Assembly (NCBI GenBank): GCA_038064675.1
Contig: JBBTSM010000006.1
Location: 7,776 to 71,775 of the forward strand
Length of the DNA stretch: 64,000 bases
Direction: 5' to 3'
Origin: Patescibacteria group bacterium
GTDB lineage: Bacteria > Patescibacteriota > Patescibacteriia > UBA9934
Shown here: piece by piece, positions 1 through 8,363 of the stretch
Numbering within the stretch: position 1 is the stretch's first letter
Layout of the letters: every line of letters begins with the position of its first letter
Made by a program: the position numbers and the translations under genes
Notes under the pieces: generated by a model
What the model was told of the DNA's origin: nothing
The model's input: the letters and a program-made list of their open reading frames with translations, nothing else
Databases searched by the model: none

Positions 1-855
1 AACAATTCCAAGAATCGCCGCAGCTGGTCGGGCAATCTTCATCGACGGAATCGACTTCACCACAAATACCAATGCGAGGCCCACGAACAATCCAAGAAAT
101 GCCGAACGCGATCCCGTCAGCAGCATACCGATGATGAGAACGACCGTGCCGATGCTTGTGATAACCATCATCTTCCGACGAAAAAGCCCCCCTCCGATTC
201 CCCCCATAAATGGGGGGAGAGATTTCACCTGAGCCATGAAGGCCCACCAAGCGAACAGCCCAACACCGAGGAATCCCCCAAATACATTCGGATGCGGAAA
301 ACTTCCATAGGTACGAAGAACGCGCTCACCGCTGGCTGTAAATACGGCATCACCAAGCTGCGAAGCGTCGCGATACGCAAGACCGAGCCATGAGTTCGCA
401 GGCGAAGAACCGCCGAATACTTGAATGAGACCGAGCACGAAGGGTGCAGCCAACGACACGACAAAAGCAAAGAGCAGATGTTTTACACTGACGCGATCAA
501 TGAGAATCGCAACAAAAAGCGCGTACGCAAGGCCAAGATGCGTGACCGTCGACAATGAAAACGCTGATCGATCCGCAAACGCCGTACCAAGAACCGCAAC
601 GATAAGAACAATCCCGCCGAGACGAACGGGAAGCTGACGTTTCGCGTCGATCGTCCACCATTTCCGATCAAGAATACTCCCCCCGATGAGCGCAGCCGCA
701 AGAAGAAGCTCCACCGCATACAAGCTCATCACGCCGAACTCTGTGTGCGCGCCAGCAATGGAAACCTCGCTATACATCCATCGCGTTTGCCACGGCAGAA
801 GAAAGATCGTTATGGACAGGAACAGCGTCGTCCAATTTGGAAAGAAGCGTTTCAT
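1..855 (-). CDS. O-antigen ligase / Wzy_C-like polytopic membrane protein; C-terminus truncated by window edge; alternative start at 777
   Basis: Manual minus-strand translation is open from about 855 to position 1. It gives MKRFFPNWTTLFLSITIFLLPW..., several TM helices and a TGSRSAFLGLF motif typical of O-antigen ligase/polymerase-family proteins. Not in the ORF track because there is no stop codon inside the window. Confidence 0.5.
   Translation of the reverse strand, partial: MKRFFPNWTTLFLSITIFLLPWQTRWMYSEVSIAGAHTEFGVMSLYAVELLLAAALIGGSILDRKWWTIDAKRQLPVRLGGIVLIVAVLGTAFADRSAFSLSTVTHLGLAYALFVAILIDRVSVKHLLFAFVVSLAAPFVLGLIQVFGGSSPANSWLGLAYRDASQLGDAVFTASGERVLRTYGSFPHPNVFGGFLGVGLFAWWAFMAQVKSLPPFMGGIGGGLFRRKMMVITSIGTVVLIIGMLLTGSRSAFLGLFVGLALVFVVKSIPSMKIARPAAAILGIV
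187..222. repeat. GC-rich palindromic element copy (a): cccccctccgattccccccataaatggggggagaga, in-frame inside the O-antigen-ligase-like CDS
   Basis: Seen directly. About 30/34 identical to the copy at 15645-15678. Confidence 0.7.
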
Positions 856-1753
856 AAGCCTGAAGGATATCTTGTCGACGATCATTATGATGAAATTTTA
901 ACATGCCATCAGTCACAACAACGCGGGTATCGGCATTCATCATCGTCCGTAATGCCAATGGGAATCGCGCCCGCTGCATTCGTTCAGCCAGGCCTTCGAT
1001 ACTGAAAACATTCGGGAGCGTTCGAACTGCCGTTGCAGCGTACGACTGAGCTCTGCGAACACCGTGTGCCCGAGGGACATCGGGACGCATCCAACCGTTC
1101 GCCACACGAAGCTTCGCGAGCATGTCTCCTCGATCCAAAAGCGGAGAGAGCGTCGCGATCCAGAACATCAAATACGGATCTTTCGATCCAATCTTTACTG
1201 ACGAAAAATCGAGCCGATCATCAGTAACAAAAAAACTCAAACATACCGGGTCTTTTACGCGTTCGCCTGGCCGTGCGTGCATGAGCGCCAAGGCGCCCGC
1301 AAGAATGAACCGTGTAGACCAAATCTTTCCCCGATCGGTCACAATAAAAAGATCTATGTCACTCTCATGGTTCGTAAATGAAAACGCTAACGAGTTGCAC
1401 ACCGCAACCATCTTCACCCAGGGCAGTCGCGATGCAAACTTCACAAATCGCGATGCACGACGAGATTTGCGCAGTGCATCAGTCACGCGGCAAAGACGCT
1501 CCAATCGCCACTCGGCAGCGTCACCGAGTGCGAAGAATCCTTGGTCCGATACGCAGCCCCGCGATCGAAGCCAAGAAGACGACATCAGCACTACTTCGAC
1601 CTCAAAGAGTGTAACGTTTGGCGCATCGCACCATTTCCAGAGCTCAAGCGTTGTAAGAGGAAACTGAAAATAGGCGAAGTACGCGAGCGTCCGGAACAAC
1701 GATTGCTCGAGTGTCGTTGGCATACTTACGCCTTTACTTTCTTGAGCACCCAA
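770..1753 (-). CDS. hypothetical protein, possible nucleotidyltransferase fold
   Basis: 327-aa ORF. Segment ...VCNSLAFSFTNHESDIDLFIVTD... resembles the G[SG]x9-13DxD minimal NTase motif. Overlaps its neighbours on both sides (operon-like). Confidence 0.35.
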   Translation of the reverse strand: MGAQESKGVSMPTTLEQSLFRTLAYFAYFQFPLTTLELWKWCDAPNVTLFEVEVVLMSSSWLRSRGCVSDQGFFALGDAAEWRLERLCRVTDALRKSRRASRFVKFASRLPWVKMVAVCNSLAFSFTNHESDIDLFIVTDRGKIWSTRFILAGALALMHARPGERVKDPVCLSFFVTDDRLDFSSVKIGSKDPYLMFWIATLSPLLDRGDMLAKLRVANGWMRPDVPRAHGVRRAQSYAATAVRTLPNVFSIEGLAERMQRARFPLALRTMMNADTRVVVTDGMLKFHHNDRRQDILQAYETLLSKLDDAVPVHNDLSSAVANAMDV

Positions 1754-2760
1754 CCTGATCCGGTTCGGATCATGTGAAATACGCCGAACACAATAAATAC
1801 GGCGTCGCGCAAACGAATCATCAACGCAAAAGCTAATGGATCCATTGGAACGTTCAGCGCAGCAAACACGGCAGCAAATCCGCCTTCAAAGATCCCTAGG
1901 CCACCAGGAACCGGAAGAATAAGTGCGAGTCCAGGAAGTGAACTTGCAAGGAATGCTTGGGCGAAATTCAGTGTCACGCCAAATCCCCAGGCAATGTAGA
2001 GGGTTTCGACAACTCGGAATGCCACCATCGTCATTGATAACGCAGAAATGCCGAACACCACCCAGCCGCCACCAGCAAAGAAGCCACGCATCAAATCTTC
2101 CGTCTCTTCCAGCCAATGTTCAACGCCACGGAATCGTTTCACACGATCCAACCGTAAGCGATGAAAGAGCGGCTTCGCCATTGGTCTCCCCCGACCGAGC
2201 GCCGTAAAAAATGAAAGAAGCAAGCCAAAAGCAATCGCGAGGCCAACGGCCATAATCCACAACGTCCCAGCGCCTCCCTGATGCTCCACAAGTGCAAAGA
2301 TCACGCCGAGCGCGATGAAGACGACGTACGAACAAAGCTCAAAAGCAATATCGAGTGTCGCTGATGCTACTGCGCTCTTCCCTGGCACGCCGTCCGCCAT
2401 TAAAAGCGCAACACGAACCGGCTCACCGCCTGCTTGGTTGAGCGGCGTCAAATACCCAACGGCATACCCCGTCATGCGGTGCCAATACATCCGCCACACC
2501 GAAAGCTTATGCTTCTTTTCCGTGACTTGCCGGCGCAAAATGATCGTCCAACGGATGCTGTACAGCGTGAAGTTCAGCATCGAAATAGCCACAAGACCGA
2601 CGAACGGCCATGCACCAAACGTGCTCATGTTTTGCAGAACACTCGCCCAACCCTCCTTTGCAAGAAGCGCGTACAACAACCCAACACCAAGGAGGCCGCT
2701 CAAGACAACACCGAGAATACGCCACGGGACACGTTGAGCCATAATGGAACAAGTGTACAC
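1726..2760 (-). CDS. flippase-like / lysylphosphatidylglycerol-synthase-TM-like integral membrane protein (UPF0104-type)
   Basis: 344 aa with about 8 predicted TM helices and a Gly-rich C-terminal half (LPGLALILPVPGGLGIFEGGFAAVF). Overlaps the downstream gene by 28 nt. Confidence 0.5.
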   Translation of the reverse strand: MYTCSIMAQRVPWRILGVVLSGLLGVGLLYALLAKEGWASVLQNMSTFGAWPFVGLVAISMLNFTLYSIRWTIILRRQVTEKKHKLSVWRMYWHRMTGYAVGYLTPLNQAGGEPVRVALLMADGVPGKSAVASATLDIAFELCSYVVFIALGVIFALVEHQGGAGTLWIMAVGLAIAFGLLLSFFTALGRGRPMAKPLFHRLRLDRVKRFRGVEHWLEETEDLMRGFFAGGGWVVFGISALSMTMVAFRVVETLYIAWGFGVTLNFAQAFLASSLPGLALILPVPGGLGIFEGGFAAVFAALNVPMDPLAFALMIRLRDAVFIVFGVFHMIRTGSGWVLKKVKA

Positions 2761-2767
2761 GAACCCG

Positions 2768-3490
2768 CTAGCTCTTCTTTGGACTCAAAAATAATGCGTA
2801 CATTGCGTAGGTAAACGCGGTGCTCACGAAGATGTAGAGCGTTACGCCCCCAACAAGTGTCGTTACGCCAAGAACCAACATCATGATCGGCAACATATAT
2901 ACCATCATTTTGTTCATCGTTGCGGTCATGTCCTCATCAAGCGCTGGGCTCGTTCCGCGCGCCACTGCCGGCGGACGACGAGTGATCATCTGCTTAGCCT
3001 GGAAGTACTGAGCCACGGCGGACGCCACGGCGAGAGGAATTGAGATCTTACTCAAATCCATTCCCAGAAAGGACGGGGACATCGATCCGGGACTTGGAAT
3101 AAAGCCATACAAAATCGAGGCATCAACAGTATGAATTCCAGCCTCAAGCGCCTTGTACAGCGCAATGAACACAAACAACTGCACTATTGTTGGCAAACAT
3201 GAGGCGAAAGGATTTACGTTGTGCACCTTGTACACACTCATGAGTTCCTTCGCCATCGTCTCTTTGTCGTCCTTATACTTCTCCTTAATCTCCGCAATCT
3301 TCGGCTGAATCTCTTGCAGCTCCTTCTGTGCCTTCATGGACTTGTACGTCAGTGGCAACACGATGCTCTTCACGATGACGGTCATCACGATAATTGCGAG
3401 CCCAAGTCCGCCCCACGGCGCAAGATTGTAGATGAAGACGAGAAGATTGTAGAGTGGCTGGTAGAGAATCGTAAAGAAGAAGGAAGCCAT
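2768..3490 (-). CDS. yidC: membrane protein insertase YidC (short form)
   Basis: 240 aa. Contains KSMKAQKELQEIQPKIAEIKEKYKDDKETMAKELMSVYKVHNVNPFASCLPTIVQ, a characteristic YidC/Oxa1 region, and a C-terminal TM bundle. Confidence 0.8.
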   Translation of the reverse strand: MASFFFTILYQPLYNLLVFIYNLAPWGGLGLAIIVMTVIVKSIVLPLTYKSMKAQKELQEIQPKIAEIKEKYKDDKETMAKELMSVYKVHNVNPFASCLPTIVQLFVFIALYKALEAGIHTVDASILYGFIPSPGSMSPSFLGMDLSKISIPLAVASAVAQYFQAKQMITRRPPAVARGTSPALDEDMTATMNKMMVYMLPIMMLVLGVTTLVGGVTLYIFVSTAFTYAMYALFLSPKKS

Positions 3491-3491
3491 A

Positions 3492-4748
3492 TTACTCAGA
3501 AACTACAGGTGTCTCGACCGCAGCCTCAGCGACGGCTTCGACTGGCTCCGCAACAGCGTCCACATTTTCAACTGGAGCGATAACACCATCAGCCTGACGT
3601 TCCTGAATGTTTACCTTCCAACCAGTGAGTTTCGCCGCCAAACGGACGTTTTGACCACCGCGACCAATCGCGAGGGAAAGCTGATCGCTTGGAACAACGA
3701 CGATTGCTGCGTGTTCTGCCTCATCAAGATTTACCTCGAGCACCTTTGCCGGAGACAGCGCGTGCGTAATGAGTTCGCGTGGATTTTCGCTCCACTGGAC
3801 AATGTCGATCTTTTCGCCAGAGAGCTCTCCAGTAATCGTTTGGATACGGCTTCCGCGCTGCCCGATACATGCTCCGATTGGATCGATCCCCGCATCGGTA
3901 GATGCAACGGCGATCTTGGTACGCGCGCCAGCTTCGCGAGCAATCGCCTTAATGACGACGGTGCCCTCGGCGACTTCCGGAATTTCCACCATGAACAGCT
4001 TCTTTACCAACTCTTCACTGGTTCGGGAGAGCAAAATCTGCGCACCGCGCGAACCGAGCGACACTTCGCGAACGTAGAACTTCAAACGGTCTCCAGAGCG
4101 ATAGCGTTCCGTTGGCATCGCGTCTTCTGGCTTGATAATTCCAGCCGTGCGACCGATATCCACGAGAATAATACGGCCTTCACGACGCTGCACCGTTCCC
4201 ACAATTACATCGCCTTCGACACCCTTGAATTCGTTAAAGATGATTTCGCGCTCTGCTTCACGAAGCTTCTGGGTAATAACCTGCTTCGCGGTCATCGCTG
4301 CCATACGACCAAATTCCACAGCCTGTGGAAGCTCCGTACGCAACACGTCGCCAACCTTTGCACCCATCTTCATGAGCTGCGCGTCGGAAATCATGATGTC
4401 CGTTTTTGGATTGAACTTTGGTGCAATCTCGTCCACCGGTGTTTCTGTTGGTGGCATAAAGTCACCAAGCGCTTTCATTGCTTCGCGACGAGCCGATTCC
4501 TCAGCCTCAATCTTCTTCACCTCTTCCATTTCTTCTGCGGTAATATCTGCGACCACCGTTTTCACGTCGAAAATTCGAGCAAGGCCCGTTTCCGTATCGA
4601 ACTTCGCTTCAAGATTGTGATATTTGTCGCCAAAATCCTTACGATACGCCGCCGCCAATGCGGATTCGATCGTGGTCATGACACTTTCATACGAAAGGCC
4701 CTTCTCGTCACAAATCTGACGAATCGCTAACTCGATTGCACTTGCCAT
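3492..4748 (-). CDS. nusA: transcription termination/antitermination factor NusA
   Basis: 418 aa. N-terminal NusA domain, S1-like segment, KH repeats (GACIGQRGSRIQTITGELSGEKIDIV) and an acidic C-terminal tail. Confidence 0.9.
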   Translation of the reverse strand: MASAIELAIRQICDEKGLSYESVMTTIESALAAAYRKDFGDKYHNLEAKFDTETGLARIFDVKTVVADITAEEMEEVKKIEAEESARREAMKALGDFMPPTETPVDEIAPKFNPKTDIMISDAQLMKMGAKVGDVLRTELPQAVEFGRMAAMTAKQVITQKLREAEREIIFNEFKGVEGDVIVGTVQRREGRIILVDIGRTAGIIKPEDAMPTERYRSGDRLKFYVREVSLGSRGAQILLSRTSEELVKKLFMVEIPEVAEGTVVIKAIAREAGARTKIAVASTDAGIDPIGACIGQRGSRIQTITGELSGEKIDIVQWSENPRELITHALSPAKVLEVNLDEAEHAAIVVVPSDQLSLAIGRGGQNVRLAAKLTGWKVNIQERQADGVIAPVENVDAVAEPVEAVAEAAVETPVVSE

Positions 4749-4835
4749 ACTAGATTGTTATTAAATTGTTTAACAGTGAAACCTGGCATTGCGGCCAGGT
4801 TTCAACATGCAAAAAGAATATCACAGCCCGATCGA

Positions 4836-5129
4836 CTACGCAATATTCGTCGCGATCTTGAGATGAACAATGTCTTGCCGATTTTTCTCGATCTGCGGAA
4901 GAATTTCATCCTTCACAAGATCGAGGATATCGTCCCGCAAAGTATCGATCTTCTTACCGAGACGCTCTTCTGACGCAAAAACCGCAGAATTCACAACGGC
5001 GTGCATCTCGTCTCGTATTTCACGCTTCAATTGAGAGCCAAAGACCTCATTATTTTGGATCAGTGCATCGCGAACAATTTCTGAAACCAAACCACGCATT
5101 GTTTTCTCATCTTTTGCTGTAAGCATAAA
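4836..5129 (-). CDS. small coiled-coil hypothetical protein (start uncertain; ORF open to 5213)
   Basis: Occupies the position upstream of nusA where rimP usually lies, but shows no RimP-like sequence. Charged, helical MLTAKDEKTMRGLVSEIVRD... Confidence 0.3.
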   Translation of the reverse strand, partial: FMLTAKDEKTMRGLVSEIVRDALIQNNEVFGSQLKREIRDEMHAVVNSAVFASEERLGKKIDTLRDDILDLVKDEILPQIEKNRQDIVHLKIATNIA

Positions 5130-5196
5130 AATACGATGAAAAATAAAATTCGTGGGGACTAGGACCAGCCTACCAAAAATATTTCTCGTCGTCATT

Positions 5197-6192
5197 TCAT
5201 TTCTCCACAACATCGCGAACCATCAGCGTTATCGGAATGACTTTCGTATCCGATAACCGCAACGGTTTCGCTCCGCCTTGATTTCGGAATCCGAATCGCT
5301 CGTAAAATCGAATCGCTTGATTATTGTACGATGCGACTTTTAATTGAATGGGCGTATCAGCATCGAGCCATTCTAATCCACGCCGAAAGACTTCGCCACC
5401 GATTCCTTTTCCAATATACGCAGGATCCAGATATAACGAATCAACCAAACCAAATTCTGCCGTCTTTCCTACCCTACAAAATCCAAGAGTTTTTTGAGCA
5501 TCCTCCAAAATGAATGTCCGAATATTTGCCAGCACCCCCTCATCACGCAATTCTCTCTGCCAAGAAGCCGTTTGCTGATCGACACTTTTTAAATATCTTT
5601 CAATATCCTCACGCGAAATCCCACCGACTTCGTTCGGATACGTCGCCAACCACGACTCATGCTGAATCCGCGCAATCTCCGCCGCATCAGCAACGGTCGC
5701 AATGCGGACTTCGGGTTTTTCCTTCGCGATATCGTGTTCTTTCGGCTCAACCACCCGATATGTTTGAACTTCATCGCGACCAACAACTTTTGCAGGAATT
5801 TCTGCGACGTGTTCGATGAACATCTTTGTTACACGATGGGCGCCGTCAATAATCGAGCCATCTTCAGTTACAAGAATCGGCTCGGAAAGGCTCACTCTCT
5901 GAGCACGGGCGATATGACTGCTCCACTCAGGCTCGCGAGACGCCATGATCGTGTAGTCTCCCTCACATGTTTCCGCAAGATCAATCAACTGTTTTGGCCC
6001 GATACTCCCACCATTATCAAGACTCCAACCGCGATCGTGAGATCGAAAGTCTAAGAAATCCGTCCGCGCCATAACGCGATCAGGAAATCTTCCCTTATCC
6101 GCGATCAATCGATCGACGTTAAGGATCAATCCGCCAACTTGTGCAGTCCGCGCCACTGTTCTCCTCTCAAAATTCTGCTCATTGCGATCCAT
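5197..6192 (-). CDS. two-domain protein: ParB/sulfiredoxin-like N-terminal domain fused to a C-terminal GNAT N-acetyltransferase
   Basis: N-terminal EPILVTEDGSIIDGAHRVTK matches the xDGxHR core of the ParB/Srx fold. C-terminal GFCRVGKTAEFGLVDSLYLDPAYIGKGIGGEVFRRGLEWL...NNQAIRFYERFGF is a clear GNAT fold. Confidence 0.55.
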   Translation of the reverse strand: MDRNEQNFERRTVARTAQVGGLILNVDRLIADKGRFPDRVMARTDFLDFRSHDRGWSLDNGGSIGPKQLIDLAETCEGDYTIMASREPEWSSHIARAQRVSLSEPILVTEDGSIIDGAHRVTKMFIEHVAEIPAKVVGRDEVQTYRVVEPKEHDIAKEKPEVRIATVADAAEIARIQHESWLATYPNEVGGISREDIERYLKSVDQQTASWQRELRDEGVLANIRTFILEDAQKTLGFCRVGKTAEFGLVDSLYLDPAYIGKGIGGEVFRRGLEWLDADTPIQLKVASYNNQAIRFYERFGFRNQGGAKPLRLSDTKVIPITLMVRDVVEK

Positions 6193-6203
6193 ACACGATC
6201 ATT

Positions 6204-6554
6204 CTACCCCACCCCAACGATATGGGTGATTCGTGGGGGCGATTGATCGTATTCAATCGCAATCACGTCGATGCGCCATTCGGATTGGGGGTGATCGGAC
6301 ATGAAATGTTCGGCGACGATGGCGATTTTTCGAAGCTTCGATCGGGTAACAGATTCTTCGGGATACCCGAATTCGTGATCGTTGCGCGCCTTCACCTCGA
6401 CCATGACAAATTCCTCCCCATCTTTTGCGATAATATCGATCTCGCCGAAACGGTTGCGATATTGCGTTTCAATAATCTGAAACTTCTTTGATTTCAAAAA
6501 CGCAGCGGCATCATGCTCAGCTGCGTTTCCAAAAATCCTCCTCTTATCCACCAT
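6204..6554 (-). CDS. YraN-family (UPF0102) endonuclease
   Basis: 116 aa. AAEHDAAAFLKSKKFQIIETQYRNRFGEIDIIAKDGEEFVMVEVKAR matches the YraN family. Confidence 0.75.
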   Translation of the reverse strand: MVDKRRIFGNAAEHDAAAFLKSKKFQIIETQYRNRFGEIDIIAKDGEEFVMVEVKARNDHEFGYPEESVTRSKLRKIAIVAEHFMSDHPQSEWRIDVIAIEYDQSPPRITHIVGVG

Positions 6555-6559
6555 AACGA

Positions 6560-6976
6560 TTACCGGGATCGTTTCGGCAAATATTTATTCACGTCAGCAC
6601 GTGACTGTTCGCGATGCTGCAACGCCGGAACTTCTGTTTTCACGTAGCGGACGATTGAAACAACGCCGGCGAGAACGCCAACGATCCAAATCAAAAACCA
6701 GAATCGGGAACCAAAGAATTGAATCTCTTCGAACGTGAGAAAGAACCAGACCAAGCCAACAAGACCAGAGAACGAACACAGTGTCGCGATCTTCTTGAGG
6801 ACGATCGCCTGATATCGATCGTACTTCCCATTGCGGATCATCATGCGGATTACTGATCCTGCGATGATTACGAGTGCGAAGAAGGCAAAGAAACCTGCCT
6901 CGAACGCTGCGGCCATACGAATCGGCGTAAGGTCGAACCAGAAGCTCAAATTCCAAAGTGGGGAGAGAAAATTCAT
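6560..6976 (-). CDS. integral membrane protein, hypothetical
   Basis: 138 aa with 3-4 predicted TM helices. Confidence 0.45.
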   Translation of the reverse strand: MNFLSPLWNLSFWFDLTPIRMAAAFEAGFFAFFALVIIAGSVIRMMIRNGKYDRYQAIVLKKIATLCSFSGLVGLVWFFLTFEEIQFFGSRFWFLIWIVGVLAGVVSIVRYVKTEVPALQHREQSRADVNKYLPKRSR

Positions 6977-7000
6977 ATGGGCAGGATAGTAGCGGAAAAT

Positions 7001-7546
7001 CTAGTGACTGTAAATTCTCCCCCAATGATCCCGGCTCGCTCTGAACTGTCCGCATTCCTGGCAACCACCTTCGGAAAATAACCGATCAACCGCGTACGGA
7101 GCAACACGATCGGCGCTATTCGGTGCAACGGCATGACGAGTTTGCGGCTCCCAGTCGACGACAATAATCTGCCCATTCGGGGCAAGCAGACGACGAGCCT
7201 CCGAAACGATCGATGCACGACGACGCGCCGACCACAGCGTGTTAATGAGGAAAATACGATCGAGCGAACCCTGTTCAATGTCGGCCACACCTCCAAACCG
7301 TTCAATGTCTCCTCGGACTGGATACAAGTTCAAAAGCGAGTGCAACGATCGGTGCCCGCGAAGCATCGATAACGCTTCAGGATGAATATCGATAGCAAAC
7401 ACCACACCATCGTCGGCAAGGAATCGCGCTGCTGGCAAAACTAAGTGTCCCGATCCCCCAGCACCAAAATCCGCCACACGATAACCGGGGCGAAGGTTTG
7501 CAATCTTGAGGATTACATTTGCATCGAGTAAGGCGCTACCAGCCAT
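7001..7546 (-). CDS. class I SAM-dependent methyltransferase
   Basis: VADFGAGGSGHL (motif I), FAIDIH and LAPNGQIIVVDW (motif IV region). Confidence 0.65.
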   Translation of the reverse strand: MAGSALLDANVILKIANLRPGYRVADFGAGGSGHLVLPAARFLADDGVVFAIDIHPEALSMLRGHRSLHSLLNLYPVRGDIERFGGVADIEQGSLDRIFLINTLWSARRRASIVSEARRLLAPNGQIIVVDWEPQTRHAVAPNSADRVAPYAVDRLFSEGGCQECGQFRASRDHWGRIYSH

Positions 7547-7549
7547 GTA

Positions 7550-7783
7550 TTAGAAAATAGAGCGAACAAAGCTGCCAATAATGATATCGAAGAGGTTGAG
7601 CGTTACAATGAATCCAAGAATCATCACCGCGATTCCAAGAAGCTTGTAGAAGAATGCGGTTGTACCCAAATGTTGCTCAGCCCATGCCACTGGTCCGAGC
7701 ATGTCTTCAAACCACCGCGTTTTCCATACCATCATCCATCCCATCGCAGTGATGAAGAGGCCAATAAGAATTCGCTGCAACAT
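7550..7783 (-). CDS. small membrane protein, hypothetical
   Basis: 77 aa with two hydrophobic helices; tightly packed behind the methyltransferase gene. Confidence 0.35.
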   Translation of the reverse strand: MLQRILIGLFITAMGWMMVWKTRWFEDMLGPVAWAEQHLGTTAFFYKLLGIAVMILGFIVTLNLFDIIIGSFVRSIF

Positions 7784-7837
7784 ATAGCGCTATTTTATCA
7801 CAAACGAAAAAGAAGCCCGGTCAGGCTTCATTTTCGA

Positions 7838-7913
7838 TGGTGGACCGTATCGGGATCGAACCGATGACCTTCTGACTGCCAGCCAGACGCTCTACCAGCT
7901 GAGCTAACGGCCC
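7838..7913 (-). tRNA. tRNA-Ala (anticodon GGC), CCA encoded
   Basis: Manual cloverleaf fold. Acceptor GGGCCGU with the G3:U70 alanine identity pair, anticodon loop CUGGCAG, T-loop GGUUCGAUCC, 3' ACCA. Confidence 0.85.
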
Positions 7914-7920
7914 GAGAAAT

Positions 7921-8040
7921 GAAGAGAACGGGTTTATTTGGTCAAGCTTGGACGCACGGCGAGCAAATGTTTCGAGGCGTACTTCTTGGTACGTTGAGAA
8001 ACTTTGCGATGGCGTAAGTTCAAGATTGACCAAATAAACA
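7921..8040 (-). repeat. copy A of a ~100-nt conserved noncoding element (putative small RNA / repeat), between tRNA-Ala and tRNA-Val
   Basis: Its reverse complement aligns with 23343-23450 and 57453-57565 (core GCAAA.TT.CTCAACGTACCAAGAAGTACGCCTCG.AA...TTTGCTC..TGCG). Confidence 0.5.
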
Positions 8041-8048
8041 CGTTCTCC

Positions 8049-8125
8049 TGGTGGACGCCGGGGGATTCGAACCCTCGACCCTCTCGGTGTAAACGAGATG
8101 CTCTAACCAGCTGAGCTAGGCGTCC
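8049..8125 (-). tRNA. tRNA-Val (anticodon TAC), CCA encoded
   Basis: Manual fold. Acceptor GGACGCC/GGCGUCC, anticodon stem UCUCG/CGAGA, loop UUUACAC, T-arm GAGGG-UUCGAAU-CCCCC. Confidence 0.85.
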
Positions 8126-8212
8126 AAATACGTATCGCCGAGGAATAGTACCCGAAGGCTTGAATCTTTTCAATCTTGAGGTTATGCTTCTGCCCGTTCC
8201 TTTAGTGATCGC

Positions 8213-8298
8213 GCGCGGATGGTGAAATGGTAGACACGCCAGCTTGAGGGGCTGGTGGCCGCAAGGTCGTGGAGGTTCGAGTCCTCTTCCGCGCACCA
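8213..8298 (+). tRNA. tRNA-Leu (anticodon GAG), long variable arm, CCA encoded
   Basis: Acceptor GCGCGGA/UCCGCGC, anticodon stem CCAGC/GCUGG with loop UUGAGGG, long variable arm, T-arm GGAGG-UUCGAGU-CCUCU. Confidence 0.8.
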
Positions 8299-8363
8299 TC
8301 GATGAAGAAGTCCAGAACGGACTTCTTTTTCGTTTTCCCGTTCTTTGATACCCTTATGGCACT

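Noticed and set aside
225-719. Short ORFs 225-470(-), 425-637(+), 483-719(-)
   Set aside because: They are the wrong frames of the region. A third minus-strand frame is open across the whole region and encodes a coherent polytopic membrane protein.
3651-4730. 359-aa plus-strand ORF
   Set aside because: It lies fully inside and antisense to the well-supported nusA gene, and is Cys/His/Arg/Phe-rich low-complexity sequence.
7838-7913. Alternative reading of this tRNA as tRNA-Gly(GCC)
   Set aside because: With a 5-bp anticodon stem (UCUGG/UCAGA) the 7-nt loop is CUGGCAG, giving anticodon GGC. The acceptor stem also has the alanine identity pair G3:U70.
7821-8299. ORFs 7821-8033(-) and 7934-8299(-) and the shared QRTKKYAS peptide
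   Set aside because: They overlap two tRNA genes and the conserved ~100-nt element. Nucleotide conservation among the element copies does not follow codon periodicity, so a noncoding element is favoured.
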